DNA of 64,000 nucleotides from an uncultured Anaerolineales bacterium (GTDB lineage Bacteria > Chloroflexota > Anaerolineae > UBA7937 > B3-Chlor): the NCBI GenBank assembly GCA_964347945.1, contig CAYGAW010000194.1, positions 1,303-65,302 of the forward strand, written 5' to 3'. The notes beneath the pieces were generated by a model, which was not told the DNA's origin, did not search any database, and was given only the letters and a program-made list of their open reading frames with translations. Each line of letters starts with the position of its first letter. The first letter of the stretch is position 1. A program made the position numbers and the translations under genes. Positions 46,984 through 56,239 of the stretch are shown in pieces.

Positions 46984-48147
46984 CTACACTCCCAATATCA
47001 CAACACATCCGACCTGCATCAGGTCGCCCCACGACTGAGCCAGGCCTGTTCTAGGCTGGCCAGGAACTTGTCTCTTGCCTGCTTCTCCGCGCAATTGCCA
47101 GAAGATCTCTGAGATCTTCATCAGCCCAGCCGCTGCGATGGGATTGCCCACTCCGAGCATGCCGCCTGAGGGACAAACCGGCATGTTGCCATCTCGTGCG
47201 GTCACACCCTCGGCGGTAAGACGCGGAGCGTCCCCTTTGTCGGCCAGAAGAAGACCTTCCAGATGATGCAGTTCTTTGTAGTCAAAGGGGTCGTACGGCT
47301 CCACGACATGGATCTCCTTGCGGGGCTCCTTGATCTCGGCCATGTCGTACGCCATGCGAGCGGCGTACTCTACGTACTTGGGATAGTACAGGTCACGATT
47401 GGTCCAGTAGGCGGTATCCAGGGACCAACCGACGCCCCTGACCCAGACCGGCTTGTCGGTAAGCCGCTTGGCCACATGCTCCGCTGCCATGACAATAGCC
47501 ACGGCGCCGTCACTGGTGGGACTGATATCGAGTCTCTGCACGGGCCACGCTAGGACTTCGGAGTTCAAGACGTCTTCCACAGTGATGTCGGCAGCGAGTT
47601 GCGCGCAAGGGTGGTCCAGGGCATTACGCTTGTTCTTCACTGCCACGCGGGCGATATCCTTCTTCTCTATGCCGTGTACCGTCATGTAGCGGTTCATCTC
47701 CAGGGCGAAGATCCAGACTAGATTGGGCTCCAGGGCTCGCTCCGTGGTGTGATCGAAGATGGTTAGAAAAGCTCCCTGCGGGTGAGGCTTGCAGCTGGAC
47801 ATCTTCTCCTCACACACCACAAGGCAGGTGTCGAACAGCCCTGAGGCCACATGGTACCAGCCTTGAATGGCCGCGAAGACGCCAGTACCGCCGCCCACGT
47901 AACTCCGCATATACGGCTTGTTCCACGCACCGGCCCCGTCGCTCAGGTATTCTCCTTTCATGTGCAGGCCATCAAAGGCGTCGGGCGCCGTTCCCAAAGC
48001 CACGGCATCTATGTCATCGAGAGTCATCTCACTGGAGTCGAGAGCCATCCTGCTCGCCTGAAAAGCCAGTTCTCTTCCAGTCTCCTGTGCCCTCCGCACG
48101 AACTTGGTCATGCCTGCTCCTACGACTGCGACCTTTCTCATACCCAT
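46984..48147 (-). CDS. Thiolase-fold (SCP-x-like) protein lacking the nucleophilic Cys
   Basis: Thiolase-like N- and C-terminal domains and a CPSGGMLGVGNP loop. Gly86 (VGGGTG) sits where thiolases have the C-x-S-G cysteine. The HDCF-equivalent is YDPF. Confidence 0.8.
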   Translation of the reverse strand: MGMRKVAVVGAGMTKFVRRAQETGRELAFQASRMALDSSEMTLDDIDAVALGTAPDAFDGLHMKGEYLSDGAGAWNKPYMRSYVGGGTGVFAAIQGWYHVASGLFDTCLVVCEEKMSSCKPHPQGAFLTIFDHTTERALEPNLVWIFALEMNRYMTVHGIEKKDIARVAVKNKRNALDHPCAQLAADITVEDVLNSEVLAWPVQRLDISPTSDGAVAIVMAAEHVAKRLTDKPVWVRGVGWSLDTAYWTNRDLYYPKYVEYAARMAYDMAEIKEPRKEIHVVEPYDPFDYKELHHLEGLLLADKGDAPRLTAEGVTARDGNMPVCPSGGMLGVGNPIAAAGLMKISEIFWQLRGEAGKRQVPGQPRTGLAQSWGDLMQVGCVVILGV

Positions 48148-48211
48148 TGCTAGCCTCCTTACCCAGCCCTCAGCGCCGGCCCATCTCCCGATGACAGACC
48201 GACGGCATTGC

Positions 48212-49360
48212 TCAAATGCTGAGGATTACTGCTGCACCACTGGTCGTGGGGATACTGCGCCAGCCAAGAGCAAGGCCGGTCTCCACGTTTTCCAGCTGTC
48301 GCTCTCCAGCTTCGCCCCTCAGTTGCAGCACCACTTCCAAGACCCTCGCCAGACCTGACGCATCCAGAAGATGACCCACCCCCAGGCTCCCTCCGGATGG
48401 GTTGATGGGCAGTTCGCCATCCAGCTCCGTCGCTCCTTCTTCAACCAGTATGCCTGCTTCACCCTCGCGACAGAGCCGAAGGGCTTCCATGTGCTGCAAC
48501 TCCTTGTAGGCGAAGGTGTCATCTACCTCGGCAAAGTCGATCTCAACGCGAGGGTTCCGGACCCCCGCCACGCGATAGGCCATCTCCGCTGACTTGCGGG
48601 CGTACGTGGCGCCTTCCCAGTCTCTCGTCTCCAGTGATGGCGTTTCGTTGCACCAGCCCACTCCTCTGATCCAGAGGGGTAGACTAGTCAGCCTCTCCGC
48701 CACATCGGCTGAGGCGAGCACCATCACGATGGCGCCATCGGCATGGGAACTGACCTCGAGTGTCTTCAGAGGGTAGGAGACGGGCTCGGAGTCCAGGACC
48801 GTATCTACGCTTAGCCTGGCGCCGTATGCTGCCGAAGGGTTGAGGAAACCGTTGCCCCGGTTCTTGACCACGACTTGAGCACACTGTTCCTCGGTGGTGT
48901 GGGTGGCATATAGGTACCGCTTCATCTCCATGCCGGCAATGAAAAGCGGGTTGGCTGCCAGAGGCCGGTTGTAGATGGGCTCCATCGCATAGGCAACTAC
49001 ATCGGTCAGCGTGAGGACATTTGACGCTTTGCTGTGGGCCTCAACCATCACGATGTCCATGGCTCCGGTCAGTATCTGCATATACGCCGCGATCAGGCCA
49101 TGAATGCCATCCCCCGAGATGGTGTGCACCGGCTTCAAGACTGCGCCAATCTGGTCAGGGACGTACTCGTCAAAGATGCTCGTTCCTTCATTGAAGTCCT
49201 CAGCCACGCTGACAAAGCTCTCCACGTCACTTCGAGGATCTACCCCAGCGTCCTCGTAGGCCTTGGCTGCCGCTTCGTACATCAGCTCCTTGTACGACAA
49301 ATCGGGAGTGATGGATCGGAAGCCGGAATATCCTACACCTACGATGGCCACTTCTTCCAT
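48212..49360 (-). CDS. Thiolase-fold (SCP-x-like) protein with Ser at the nucleophile position
   Basis: NPSGGSLGVGH loop. Ser82 (TISGDG) aligns with the thiolase Cys. The HDCF-equivalent is DDTF. Confidence 0.8.
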   Translation of the reverse strand: MEEVAIVGVGYSGFRSITPDLSYKELMYEAAAKAYEDAGVDPRSDVESFVSVAEDFNEGTSIFDEYVPDQIGAVLKPVHTISGDGIHGLIAAYMQILTGAMDIVMVEAHSKASNVLTLTDVVAYAMEPIYNRPLAANPLFIAGMEMKRYLYATHTTEEQCAQVVVKNRGNGFLNPSAAYGARLSVDTVLDSEPVSYPLKTLEVSSHADGAIVMVLASADVAERLTSLPLWIRGVGWCNETPSLETRDWEGATYARKSAEMAYRVAGVRNPRVEIDFAEVDDTFAYKELQHMEALRLCREGEAGILVEEGATELDGELPINPSGGSLGVGHLLDASGLARVLEVVLQLRGEAGERQLENVETGLALGWRSIPTTSGAAVILSI

Positions 49361-49517
49361 GTGACAACCCTCCTCAGCTTCGCTCTACGACCAATGCACG
49401 CACACTGAATCCCCTAACCTTGCTGTTCCGGGCAGATCTCACGTTCCACGACTCGGCCCAGTGACACCAACGGTGAACTTCGCCGGGCCAATCGGCATCC
49501 GCCCCGCTGCTTGGCGC

Positions 49518-50840
49518 CTATGCGAATGCCTCCCTTAGGACGTCGGCAAGGGTCGGCTGGCCGATCTCCTGGAGTTCATACCGGACTCGCTGGCAAGGTT
49601 TGTCGATACTCACCACTCGACGCAGGTTGATCGGAGTGGCAATGATGACCAACTCACACGGAGTAGCACTGATAGTCTTCTCTAGTTCTTTGATCTGCTC
49701 TTGGGTATAGCCCATAGCGGGTAAGACAGAGCCTATGGTGGGGTACTTGGTGAAGGTATCTAGGACGGAGCCAACGGCGTAGGGACGCGGATCAACGATT
49801 TCAGCCGCGCCCAGCCTCTTGGCCGCGACAGTTCCGGCCCCGTAGGCCATCCCGCCGTGGGTGAGCGTTGGACCGTCCTCCACCACGAGGACGCTCTTGC
49901 CGCGGATCGCAGCAGGGTCCTCAACGGAGATCGGCGAGGCCGCTTCAATGACTACCGCTCGGGAGTTGAGGCTCTCCACGTTGCGACGGACAGTGTTGAC
50001 ATCCTCAAAACTGGCGGTATCGACCTTGTTGATGACCACTACGTCCGCCATGCGAGCGTTGGCCTCTCCAGGGTAGTAGGTCATTTCGTGCCCGGCCCGG
50101 TGGGGATCAGCCACCACAATGTGAAGAGTGGGTTTGTAGAAAGGCAGGTCGTTGTTCCCTCCGTCCCACAGTATGATCTCCGCTTCCTCCTCCGCTGTGC
50201 GCAGGATCATCTCATAGTCCACGCCAGCATACACTACACCACCCCTGTCGATGTGGGGCTCGTATTCCTCTCGCTCTTCTATGGTCGTATCGTAGCGATC
50301 CAGATCGTCGTAGGATGAGAAACGCTGGCAGATCTGCTCCGCCAGCGTTCCGTAGGGCATGGGATGGCGGACTGTCACCACTCTCTTGCCCATCTCTTGC
50401 AGAATGTCGTATACGCGGCGGGAGGTCTGGCTCTTGCCGGCCCCAGTCCGGACGGCACATATGCTGACGACTGGGCGCTTGGATTCCAGCATGGTGGCGT
50501 CCGGCCCTAGCAGTCTGAGGTCCGCTCCTGCGGCCATGATTTCCGAGGCCTTATGCATGACATATTCGTGTGACACATCGCTGTAGGCGAAAACGACCTG
50601 AGACGCTTCCAGTTCCCTAATGAGCCTTACCAGTTCCGTCTCAGCATAGATGGGGATGCCTTGGGGGTAGCTCTTGCCGGCCAGTTCCGGCGGATAGACT
50701 CTGCCAGCGATGTCGGGGATTTGCGCGGCGGTGAAAGCCACAACTTCATACGCATCGTTGTTTCGGAAATAGACATTGAAGTTATGGAAGTCGCGGCCCG
50801 CTGCCCCCATGACAATCACTTTGTCTCTGGGCATTCCCAA
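49518..50840 (-). CDS. COG2403-type P-loop protein (cyclic 2,3-diphosphoglycerate synthetase-like / predicted GTPase)
   Basis: 440 aa. The N-terminus reads VIVMGAAGRDFHNFN, and there is an internal P-loop (AVRTGAGKSQTS). The family assignment is from memory of that family's N-terminal pattern. Confidence 0.55.
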   Translation of the reverse strand: MGMPRDKVIVMGAAGRDFHNFNVYFRNNDAYEVVAFTAAQIPDIAGRVYPPELAGKSYPQGIPIYAETELVRLIRELEASQVVFAYSDVSHEYVMHKASEIMAAGADLRLLGPDATMLESKRPVVSICAVRTGAGKSQTSRRVYDILQEMGKRVVTVRHPMPYGTLAEQICQRFSSYDDLDRYDTTIEEREEYEPHIDRGGVVYAGVDYEMILRTAEEEAEIILWDGGNNDLPFYKPTLHIVVADPHRAGHEMTYYPGEANARMADVVVINKVDTASFEDVNTVRRNVESLNSRAVVIEAASPISVEDPAAIRGKSVLVVEDGPTLTHGGMAYGAGTVAAKRLGAAEIVDPRPYAVGSVLDTFTKYPTIGSVLPAMGYTQEQIKELEKTISATPCELVIIATPINLRRVVSIDKPCQRVRYELQEIGQPTLADVLREAFA

Positions 50841-50902
50841 TTCTCCTGAATCAGGGCGCGAGCCCGCACGAATTTGCCAGGGGTAGTGGACGGGACATCG
50901 TT

Positions 50903-51808
50903 TTATGCGAACCTGGAAAGCAGGATTCCAAGTCCGTACAACAGTATCAATGGCGTGGCCACGAGGGCCATGTTAAGGGGATCGGGCGTGGGAGTGACGA
51001 TTGCCGCGACCAAGAATATGAGTACAAGCGCGTGGCGCCAGTAGGACAGGTACTTGTGGGCGCTCATGAGCCCCACTCTGGCGACGACGAACATGACGAG
51101 GGGAGTTTCGAAGACCAGCCCTACCCCGACGAGGAAAGTCAGCACGAAGGAGATGTAGGCTGCAATAGTCCACTGCGGGTCCGCAATATCGCTACCAAAG
51201 CTGCTCAAGTATCCCAAGGCAAAGGGGAGCATCACGAAATAGCAGAAGGCAGCGCCCGCTATGAAGAAGAAAGTGCCGGGAATGGCCCCAAAGAATACGA
51301 GGTTTCTGAAGTACGACTTCTCCTTCGGGTTTTCCATGGCAGGCGCGATGAAGGCGAGGATCTGGAATATGACGTAGGGTAAGGCCAGAATCAGGCCGGT
51401 GACCAATGCCACCTTGAAATAGGTGAAGAATAGCTCGGTGGGGCGCAGGAAGATGGGCTTGAGGCCCCCTGCTGGACGGACGAGGAGGGTCATGATTCTG
51501 CTGGTGAACAGCACACTGACGGCTGTGGCGGCTGCCAGGGCCAGACCTGCTTTTATGGCACGCCGTCGCAGCTCGATTAGGTGCTCTGTGACGCCGTACA
51601 GGAACTGAATAACCCCATACATCGGGCTCTTCTCGCGGCGCCACCTGTCTCTAGCTGTGTCGAGATCGAAAGGTTCGAGATTCTGTTGAGTCCTCCGCAG
51701 ATTCAACAGAGTGAGCCATAGGGCTTCGGCACCTTCGGGCAGCTTCTGAGGGCCGAGAACGATCAGGGCTGCAAAGATGAGGAGGACCAACCAGAGTATG
51801 TCTGTCAT
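50903..51808 (-). CDS. tatC: Twin-arginine translocase subunit TatC
   Basis: Six-TM protein with TatC-like loops (HLIELRRR..., PTELFF, FGAIPG). It overlaps tatA by 4 nt. Confidence 0.9.
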   Translation of the reverse strand: MTDILWLVLLIFAALIVLGPQKLPEGAEALWLTLLNLRRTQQNLEPFDLDTARDRWRREKSPMYGVIQFLYGVTEHLIELRRRAIKAGLALAAATAVSVLFTSRIMTLLVRPAGGLKPIFLRPTELFFTYFKVALVTGLILALPYVIFQILAFIAPAMENPKEKSYFRNLVFFGAIPGTFFFIAGAAFCYFVMLPFALGYLSSFGSDIADPQWTIAAYISFVLTFLVGVGLVFETPLVMFVVARVGLMSAHKYLSYWRHALVLIFLVAAIVTPTPDPLNMALVATPLILLYGLGILLSRFA

Positions 51809-52125
51809 TGGCTGTCCACCTTCACTTCTTCCGCTTCCTTGTCACGAGGGCCAACTTCCTCGCCACGGGGGACCTCTTTCTCCTCCTTGCGTCTCACAAC
51901 TTGTTGGACGGAAGCCTGCAACTCCTGCTCCTTTGCCAGCGGGGTGAGCAGCTTCTCGGGGGAGACATCGGTTACTGTCTGTATCTCCTCCAAGGCCTGT
52001 CTCCATTTTGCGATGCTCTTGCCAAGGTCTCTGGCAAGCTCCGGGAGTTTCTTGGGCCCGAATACCAGAAGAGCGATGATGAGGATGAATAGGAGTTCAG
52101 CGGGTCCTACCCCTGCGAAGTTCAT
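51805..52125 (-). CDS. tatA: Twin-arginine translocase TatA/TatB-family protein
   Basis: N-terminal TM plus hinge (LLFILIIALLVFGPKKLPELAR) and an amphipathic helix. Confidence 0.9.
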   Translation of the reverse strand: MNFAGVGPAELLFILIIALLVFGPKKLPELARDLGKSIAKWRQALEEIQTVTDVSPEKLLTPLAKEQELQASVQQVVRRKEEKEVPRGEEVGPRDKEAEEVKVDSQ

Positions 52126-52553
52126 TTGCCCTCACTCTGAGTTTCCTTGGACACCTGACGGCTGGCCAGGGTGCCCAGGGCACCATTCACGAAGCGCCGA
52201 GAACTCTCGCTGCCGAAGAGCTTGGCCAATTCAACAGCTTCGTTGATGGCTACCTTGATCGGGATGTCAGGATCAAAGGTCATCTCAAAAATGGCGATGC
52301 GCAGGATATTCCTGTCAATGGGCGACATTTGATCGAGGGGCCATTCGGGAGCTATCTCCGCTATGGTGGGATCGATTTGGGACAAGTTCTCCAATACTCC
52401 CTTGACCAGATGGCCTGCAAACTGCGCGTTCTCTTGGTCGAGCTCGCAGTCCGCCAGGCGCTGCTTCAACACCAGAGATGGCCCGTGGGCAGCTACATCA
52501 ACCTCAAAAAGCGTTTGAAGCGCCACCGCTCTGGCGCGGCGCCGGGCCTTCAC
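52122..52553 (-). CDS. nusB: Transcription antitermination factor NusB
   Basis: 143 aa with RRARAVALQ.LF and INEAVELAKLFG motifs. GTG start overlaps the asp23 stop by 1 nt. Confidence 0.9.
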   Translation of the reverse strand: MKARRRARAVALQTLFEVDVAAHGPSLVLKQRLADCELDQENAQFAGHLVKGVLENLSQIDPTIAEIAPEWPLDQMSPIDRNILRIAIFEMTFDPDIPIKVAINEAVELAKLFGSESSRRFVNGALGTLASRQVSKETQSEGK

Positions 52554-52924
52554 TATTCTGCTTCCTTCTCGGGTTCTTTCTCGGCAGGCGGAGCGACCAC
52601 ATCTTCAATGTGGATATTCACTTCTCCGACGTGCATCCCCAACATGTCGTTTATAGCGCGTGCGATATCATGTTGTATCTGCCGGCCCAACTCCAGCAGG
52701 TTCACGTTGGGCTCTACAATGATGTGGAGATCCAGGAAGACCACATCATCTTCCACGCGTATCCCCATACCCTCACTAAGGCGTTGCCGCCGCAGCAAGC
52801 GCCCGACATTGCCGGCAAGCGTGCGAGCCATCGACGCAACTCCCGGTGTGGAGAGGGCGGTCAGCCTGGCTATGGTGAGCAGCACCTGAGGTGCGATTGT
52901 GACCCTACCCAGTTTCTCTTCCAT
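52553..52924 (-). CDS. Asp23/Gls24-family (alkaline shock) protein
   Basis: GRVTIAPQVLLTIARLTALSTPGVA motif; 123 aa. Confidence 0.85.
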   Translation of the reverse strand: MEEKLGRVTIAPQVLLTIARLTALSTPGVASMARTLAGNVGRLLRRQRLSEGMGIRVEDDVVFLDLHIIVEPNVNLLELGRQIQHDIARAINDMLGMHVGEVNIHIEDVVAPPAEKEPEKEAE

Positions 52925-52940
52925 GCGCCAACCCCCGTGC

Positions 52941-53696
52941 TCACAGCATCATGGACATCATACCTCCGTCAACGCCCAGCACTTGGCCGCTGACGTAGCT
53001 TGCCTCCTCGGAGGCCAGGAAGGCAACCGCGTTGGCTATCTCCTCTGCAGTACCAGGTCTCTTCAGAGGTGTCAATTCCAATATGTAGTCGATCAGTTCC
53101 TGAGGTAGATCCGCAGTCTGGTCGGTGGGCACGTAGCCTGGGGCCACGGCGTTGGCCGTGATGTTACGTGTCCCGAGTTCTCTGGCCACGGCCTTGGTGA
53201 AACCGATCACGCCAGCCTTGGAGGCCGAGTAGTTTGCCTGCCCTACCTGGCCCGCGATTCCAGAGACCGATGTGATATTGATGATTCGCCCGTACCGCTG
53301 CTTTATCATGGTACGTTGGGCAGCCTTCGTGCAGTTGAAAGTTCCCTTGAGGTTTGTGTTCATGACGATATCCCAATCGTCCTCTTTCATCCGCATCAGG
53401 AGTGTATCGCGTGTGATTCCCACGTTGTTGATCAAGATGTCGAGGCGCCCAAACGCCTCCAAGGCCGCGCCGATCAGCTCCTTGGCCTGCTCCGAATCCT
53501 TGACATCAGCCTGAACTGCGATGGCTTCCCCGCCTCCAGACTTGATCTCTTCGACAACTTCTTCGGCGGCATCTTCGCTACCGTAGTAGTTCACCACGAC
53601 CTTGGCCCCCAGACTGGCCAGCTTGAGGGCGATGGCCCGTCCTATACCGCGGGAACTACCGGTGACCACGGCCACGCGGTCAGTCAGGTCGAGCAT
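52941..53696 (-). CDS. fabG: 3-oxoacyl-[ACP] reductase
   Basis: TGSSRGIGRAIA and YSASKAG SDR motifs. The ATG at 53696 is preceded by GAGGAGG. Confidence 0.92.
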   Translation of the reverse strand: MLDLTDRVAVVTGSSRGIGRAIALKLASLGAKVVVNYYGSEDAAEEVVEEIKSGGGEAIAVQADVKDSEQAKELIGAALEAFGRLDILINNVGITRDTLLMRMKEDDWDIVMNTNLKGTFNCTKAAQRTMIKQRYGRIINITSVSGIAGQVGQANYSASKAGVIGFTKAVARELGTRNITANAVAPGYVPTDQTADLPQELIDYILELTPLKRPGTAEEIANAVAFLASEEASYVSGQVLGVDGGMMSMML

Positions 53697-53713
53697 GTTG
53701 TACCTCCTCAGCG

Positions 53714-54691
53714 CTATGCTCCAGTGGCATGCTCGTGCTCCACGCCTCGCTCTTGGTGCCACGCCTCGATGCCAGCCACGTCACCAACGGCAACCCTCAC
53801 GGGGCGCTCGTCTATCCGCTTGAGGAGCTTGCTCAGCACGTCCTTGGGACCTATCTCCACAAAGGTTGTCGTCCCATGATCCAGCATGTAGCGCACCGAA
53901 TCCACCCACAGGACGGGCGAGACCAGCTGTCTGACAAGCTCATCGCGGATGTCTTCCACATCTCCCAGAGGTTTCCCAGTGACGTTACCCACTACGGGAA
54001 AGGCAGCCTCCTCTTGGAGGGCGACGTTGGTCAGAGCCTGTCGCAGCCCCCGGGCTGCGGCCTCCATCAGCGGCGAATGGCTCGCGATGCTCACCTGGAG
54101 AGTGATCACCCGGCGGGCTCCTTTCTGCTTGACGAGCTCGATGGCCTTCTCGAGCGCTCGGTGCTCCCCCGAGATCACGATCTGCTCTGGAGAATTGTGA
54201 TTGGCCACATGCACGATGGAACCTGTTTCTTCGCGAGCCCGGCGACAGGCCTCGCCGACTGGTTCTGCTGCCAAGCCCAACACCGCGGCCATGCCTCCGG
54301 GGCGGCGCTCGCCAGATTCCTTCATCAAGCGACCTCGCTCCCGCACCAAACGCACCCCGTCGGCAAAGGTGAGTTGACCACTGGCTACAAGAGCGGTGTA
54401 CTCTCCCAAGCTGTGCCCCGCGGCAAAGCCGATCTCTCCAAGATCGTGCCGGGCTCTGAGTGCCCGTAGCGCGGCCAGACTCATGGTCAGGATTGCTGGC
54501 TGGGTGTTGATGGTGTCGTGCAGCTCTGGCTCAGGCCCCTCGAAGCACAGTCTTGACAGTTTGAGACCGAGGACCTCGTCGGCCTCCTCAAAAGCGGTTC
54601 GCGCTTCAGTGTATCGCTGATATAGGTCGTGCCCCATGCCCAAGTATTGCGAACCCTGGCCGGGAAATATCATGGCCAACGTGTTCGACAT
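53714..54691 (-). CDS. fabD: Malonyl-CoA:ACP transacylase
   Basis: FPGQGSQ and GHSLGEY active-site motifs. Confidence 0.93.
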   Translation of the reverse strand: MSNTLAMIFPGQGSQYLGMGHDLYQRYTEARTAFEEADEVLGLKLSRLCFEGPEPELHDTINTQPAILTMSLAALRALRARHDLGEIGFAAGHSLGEYTALVASGQLTFADGVRLVRERGRLMKESGERRPGGMAAVLGLAAEPVGEACRRAREETGSIVHVANHNSPEQIVISGEHRALEKAIELVKQKGARRVITLQVSIASHSPLMEAAARGLRQALTNVALQEEAAFPVVGNVTGKPLGDVEDIRDELVRQLVSPVLWVDSVRYMLDHGTTTFVEIGPKDVLSKLLKRIDERPVRVAVGDVAGIEAWHQERGVEHEHATGA

Positions 54692-54800
54692 CTGAGCTAT
54701 CTCACTCCCTCTACACAGCTACACACCTATCCGTCCTCACCGAGAGAATCATCACTGGCCCAGGAGTACTTCGGGCGGGGTTGTGGGAGAGAAAAGGACG

Positions 54801-54992
54801 TCACTCCGACTTGGTTGACGGTTTCACAACCTCCACGCCCTTGTAGTGCCCGCATGACGGACACACGTGATGGGGGAGGCGAGGTTCACGGCACTGAGGG
54901 CAGACGATCAGATGGGGTGGCATCAGGGCCGCGTGGCTGCGGCGACCACCCCTACGCGCCTTCGATATTCTGGTTTTTGGTACAGCACCCAT
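54801..54992 (-). CDS. rpmF: 50S ribosomal protein L32
   Basis: MGAVPKTRISKARRGGRRSH plus a CPQC...CPSCG zinc ribbon. Confidence 0.95.
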   Translation of the reverse strand: MGAVPKTRISKARRGGRRSHAALMPPHLIVCPQCREPRLPHHVCPSCGHYKGVEVVKPSTKSE

Positions 54993-55046
54993 GTCGTATT
55001 CTCCGATCCTCTTGAATTCTGGGTCACATGAACGCAGGACGCGCGA

Positions 55047-55610
55047 TCATAGCAACCGTTCTAGAATCTCAAGGCGTGGGTCCGTTACGTCAGTGGCACA
55101 CTGGCAGGTACCCTCGTTGAGATTCTGACCGCACTGTGAGCACAGACCTGCACAGTCCTGTGCACACAGGGGATGCATGGGCAGTGCCAGAAAGATGGCC
55201 TGTCGGACTACCTCCGTGAGATCCAAGACGTGTTGCTCGTCGATGATGGTGGCCTCCTCCTCGGCCTGGGTCACTGGGAGTTGCGCGCCCGTGTGTATGT
55301 CAACGCTGGGATAGAACTCCTCTTCGATCTCCAGTTCGACAGGTGTCGTGCAGGGCTCCAAGCACCGGCAGCAGTCCAATTCCACAACCGTCTGCAGGGA
55401 AGCGGTGACCAATATGCTGTCCGAGCTGCGAATCAGCTTGAGACGGCCGGTAAGCAGAGACTTGATCTTCAATTCGTCATCTAGCCCGGTGATATCCTCT
55501 GATACGTCCCTTCGCCTCACTGCACCTGTCGGTGCCTTGAGCAGCTGGGCAACATTTATCTTTATGGAGGGTTTCTCTCGTTCTGCCATTATCGCTGTAT
55601 GGTTGCTCAT
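55047..55610 (-). CDS. yceD: YceD/DUF177 family protein
   Basis: C-terminal Cys cluster (CAQDCAGLCSQCGQNLNEGTCQC), in the canonical position upstream of rpmF. The start is uncertain (55610 or 55589). Confidence 0.85.
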   Translation of the reverse strand: MSNHTAIMAEREKPSIKINVAQLLKAPTGAVRRRDVSEDITGLDDELKIKSLLTGRLKLIRSSDSILVTASLQTVVELDCCRCLEPCTTPVELEIEEEFYPSVDIHTGAQLPVTQAEEEATIIDEQHVLDLTEVVRQAIFLALPMHPLCAQDCAGLCSQCGQNLNEGTCQCATDVTDPRLEILERLL

Positions 55611-55620
55611 TGATGCCGCG

Positions 55621-56166
55621 CTATGAATCTGGCTCCGTCTCACCCGAACTGCCGCTGTGTGCTGCCGGGTCGAAAGCCTCTGTACTGACGTCGACGGGTG
55701 GGCGTGTCGCTCGTACGTCCTGCTGGAGGATCTCAAGGCCGTTGCGGATGGTGGTCTGTAAGGCGATCAATTGGTCTTCCAGCTGCCCCAGCACGGTGAT
55801 CGCGTAGTTGTCGGCCCCTCTCATCGTCTCCTCCGCCTGCCGACGGCTTTCCTCGATGATGGCCTCCGATCGCTTTTGGGCCTCTTCGAGGAGTCCACGC
55901 TCGTTCAGGATTTGCTGTGCGTCTTCTCCCGCCCTCTGCATCAACCTCTGAGCCTCCTCGCCCGCCAGGGCGAGAATCTCCTCTCTCTCGTCCTGGACGC
56001 GCCTGGCCTCAGCAATCTGTTGAGGGATGGTCACGCGCATCTGGTCAATGATCTCCAGGCACTCATCCCTGTTCACAATGACCGCGGAGCTCAACGGCAT
56101 GCGTCTACTTTTGTTCAAGAGGTTCTCCAGTCGATCGATCAGGAATGAGATGTCAATCTTGACCAC
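55621..56166 (-). CDS. Uncharacterised coiled-coil protein (ATP-synthase-b / DivIVA-like heptads)
   Basis: 181 aa, almost entirely charged heptad repeats (AEARRVQDEREEILALAGEEAQRLMQRAGEDAQ...). It sits between coaD and yceD. Confidence 0.5.
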   Translation of the reverse strand: MVKIDISFLIDRLENLLNKSRRMPLSSAVIVNRDECLEIIDQMRVTIPQQIAEARRVQDEREEILALAGEEAQRLMQRAGEDAQQILNERGLLEEAQKRSEAIIEESRRQAEETMRGADNYAITVLGQLEDQLIALQTTIRNGLEILQQDVRATRPPVDVSTEAFDPAAHSGSSGETEPDS

Positions 56167-56239
56167 CCCCCTTGAGGGCCAGGTTGTATCGGCGTTGACA
56201 GCCTGCTGCCGCTGAATCCCCTAGGTCGGCAACTGGCCG

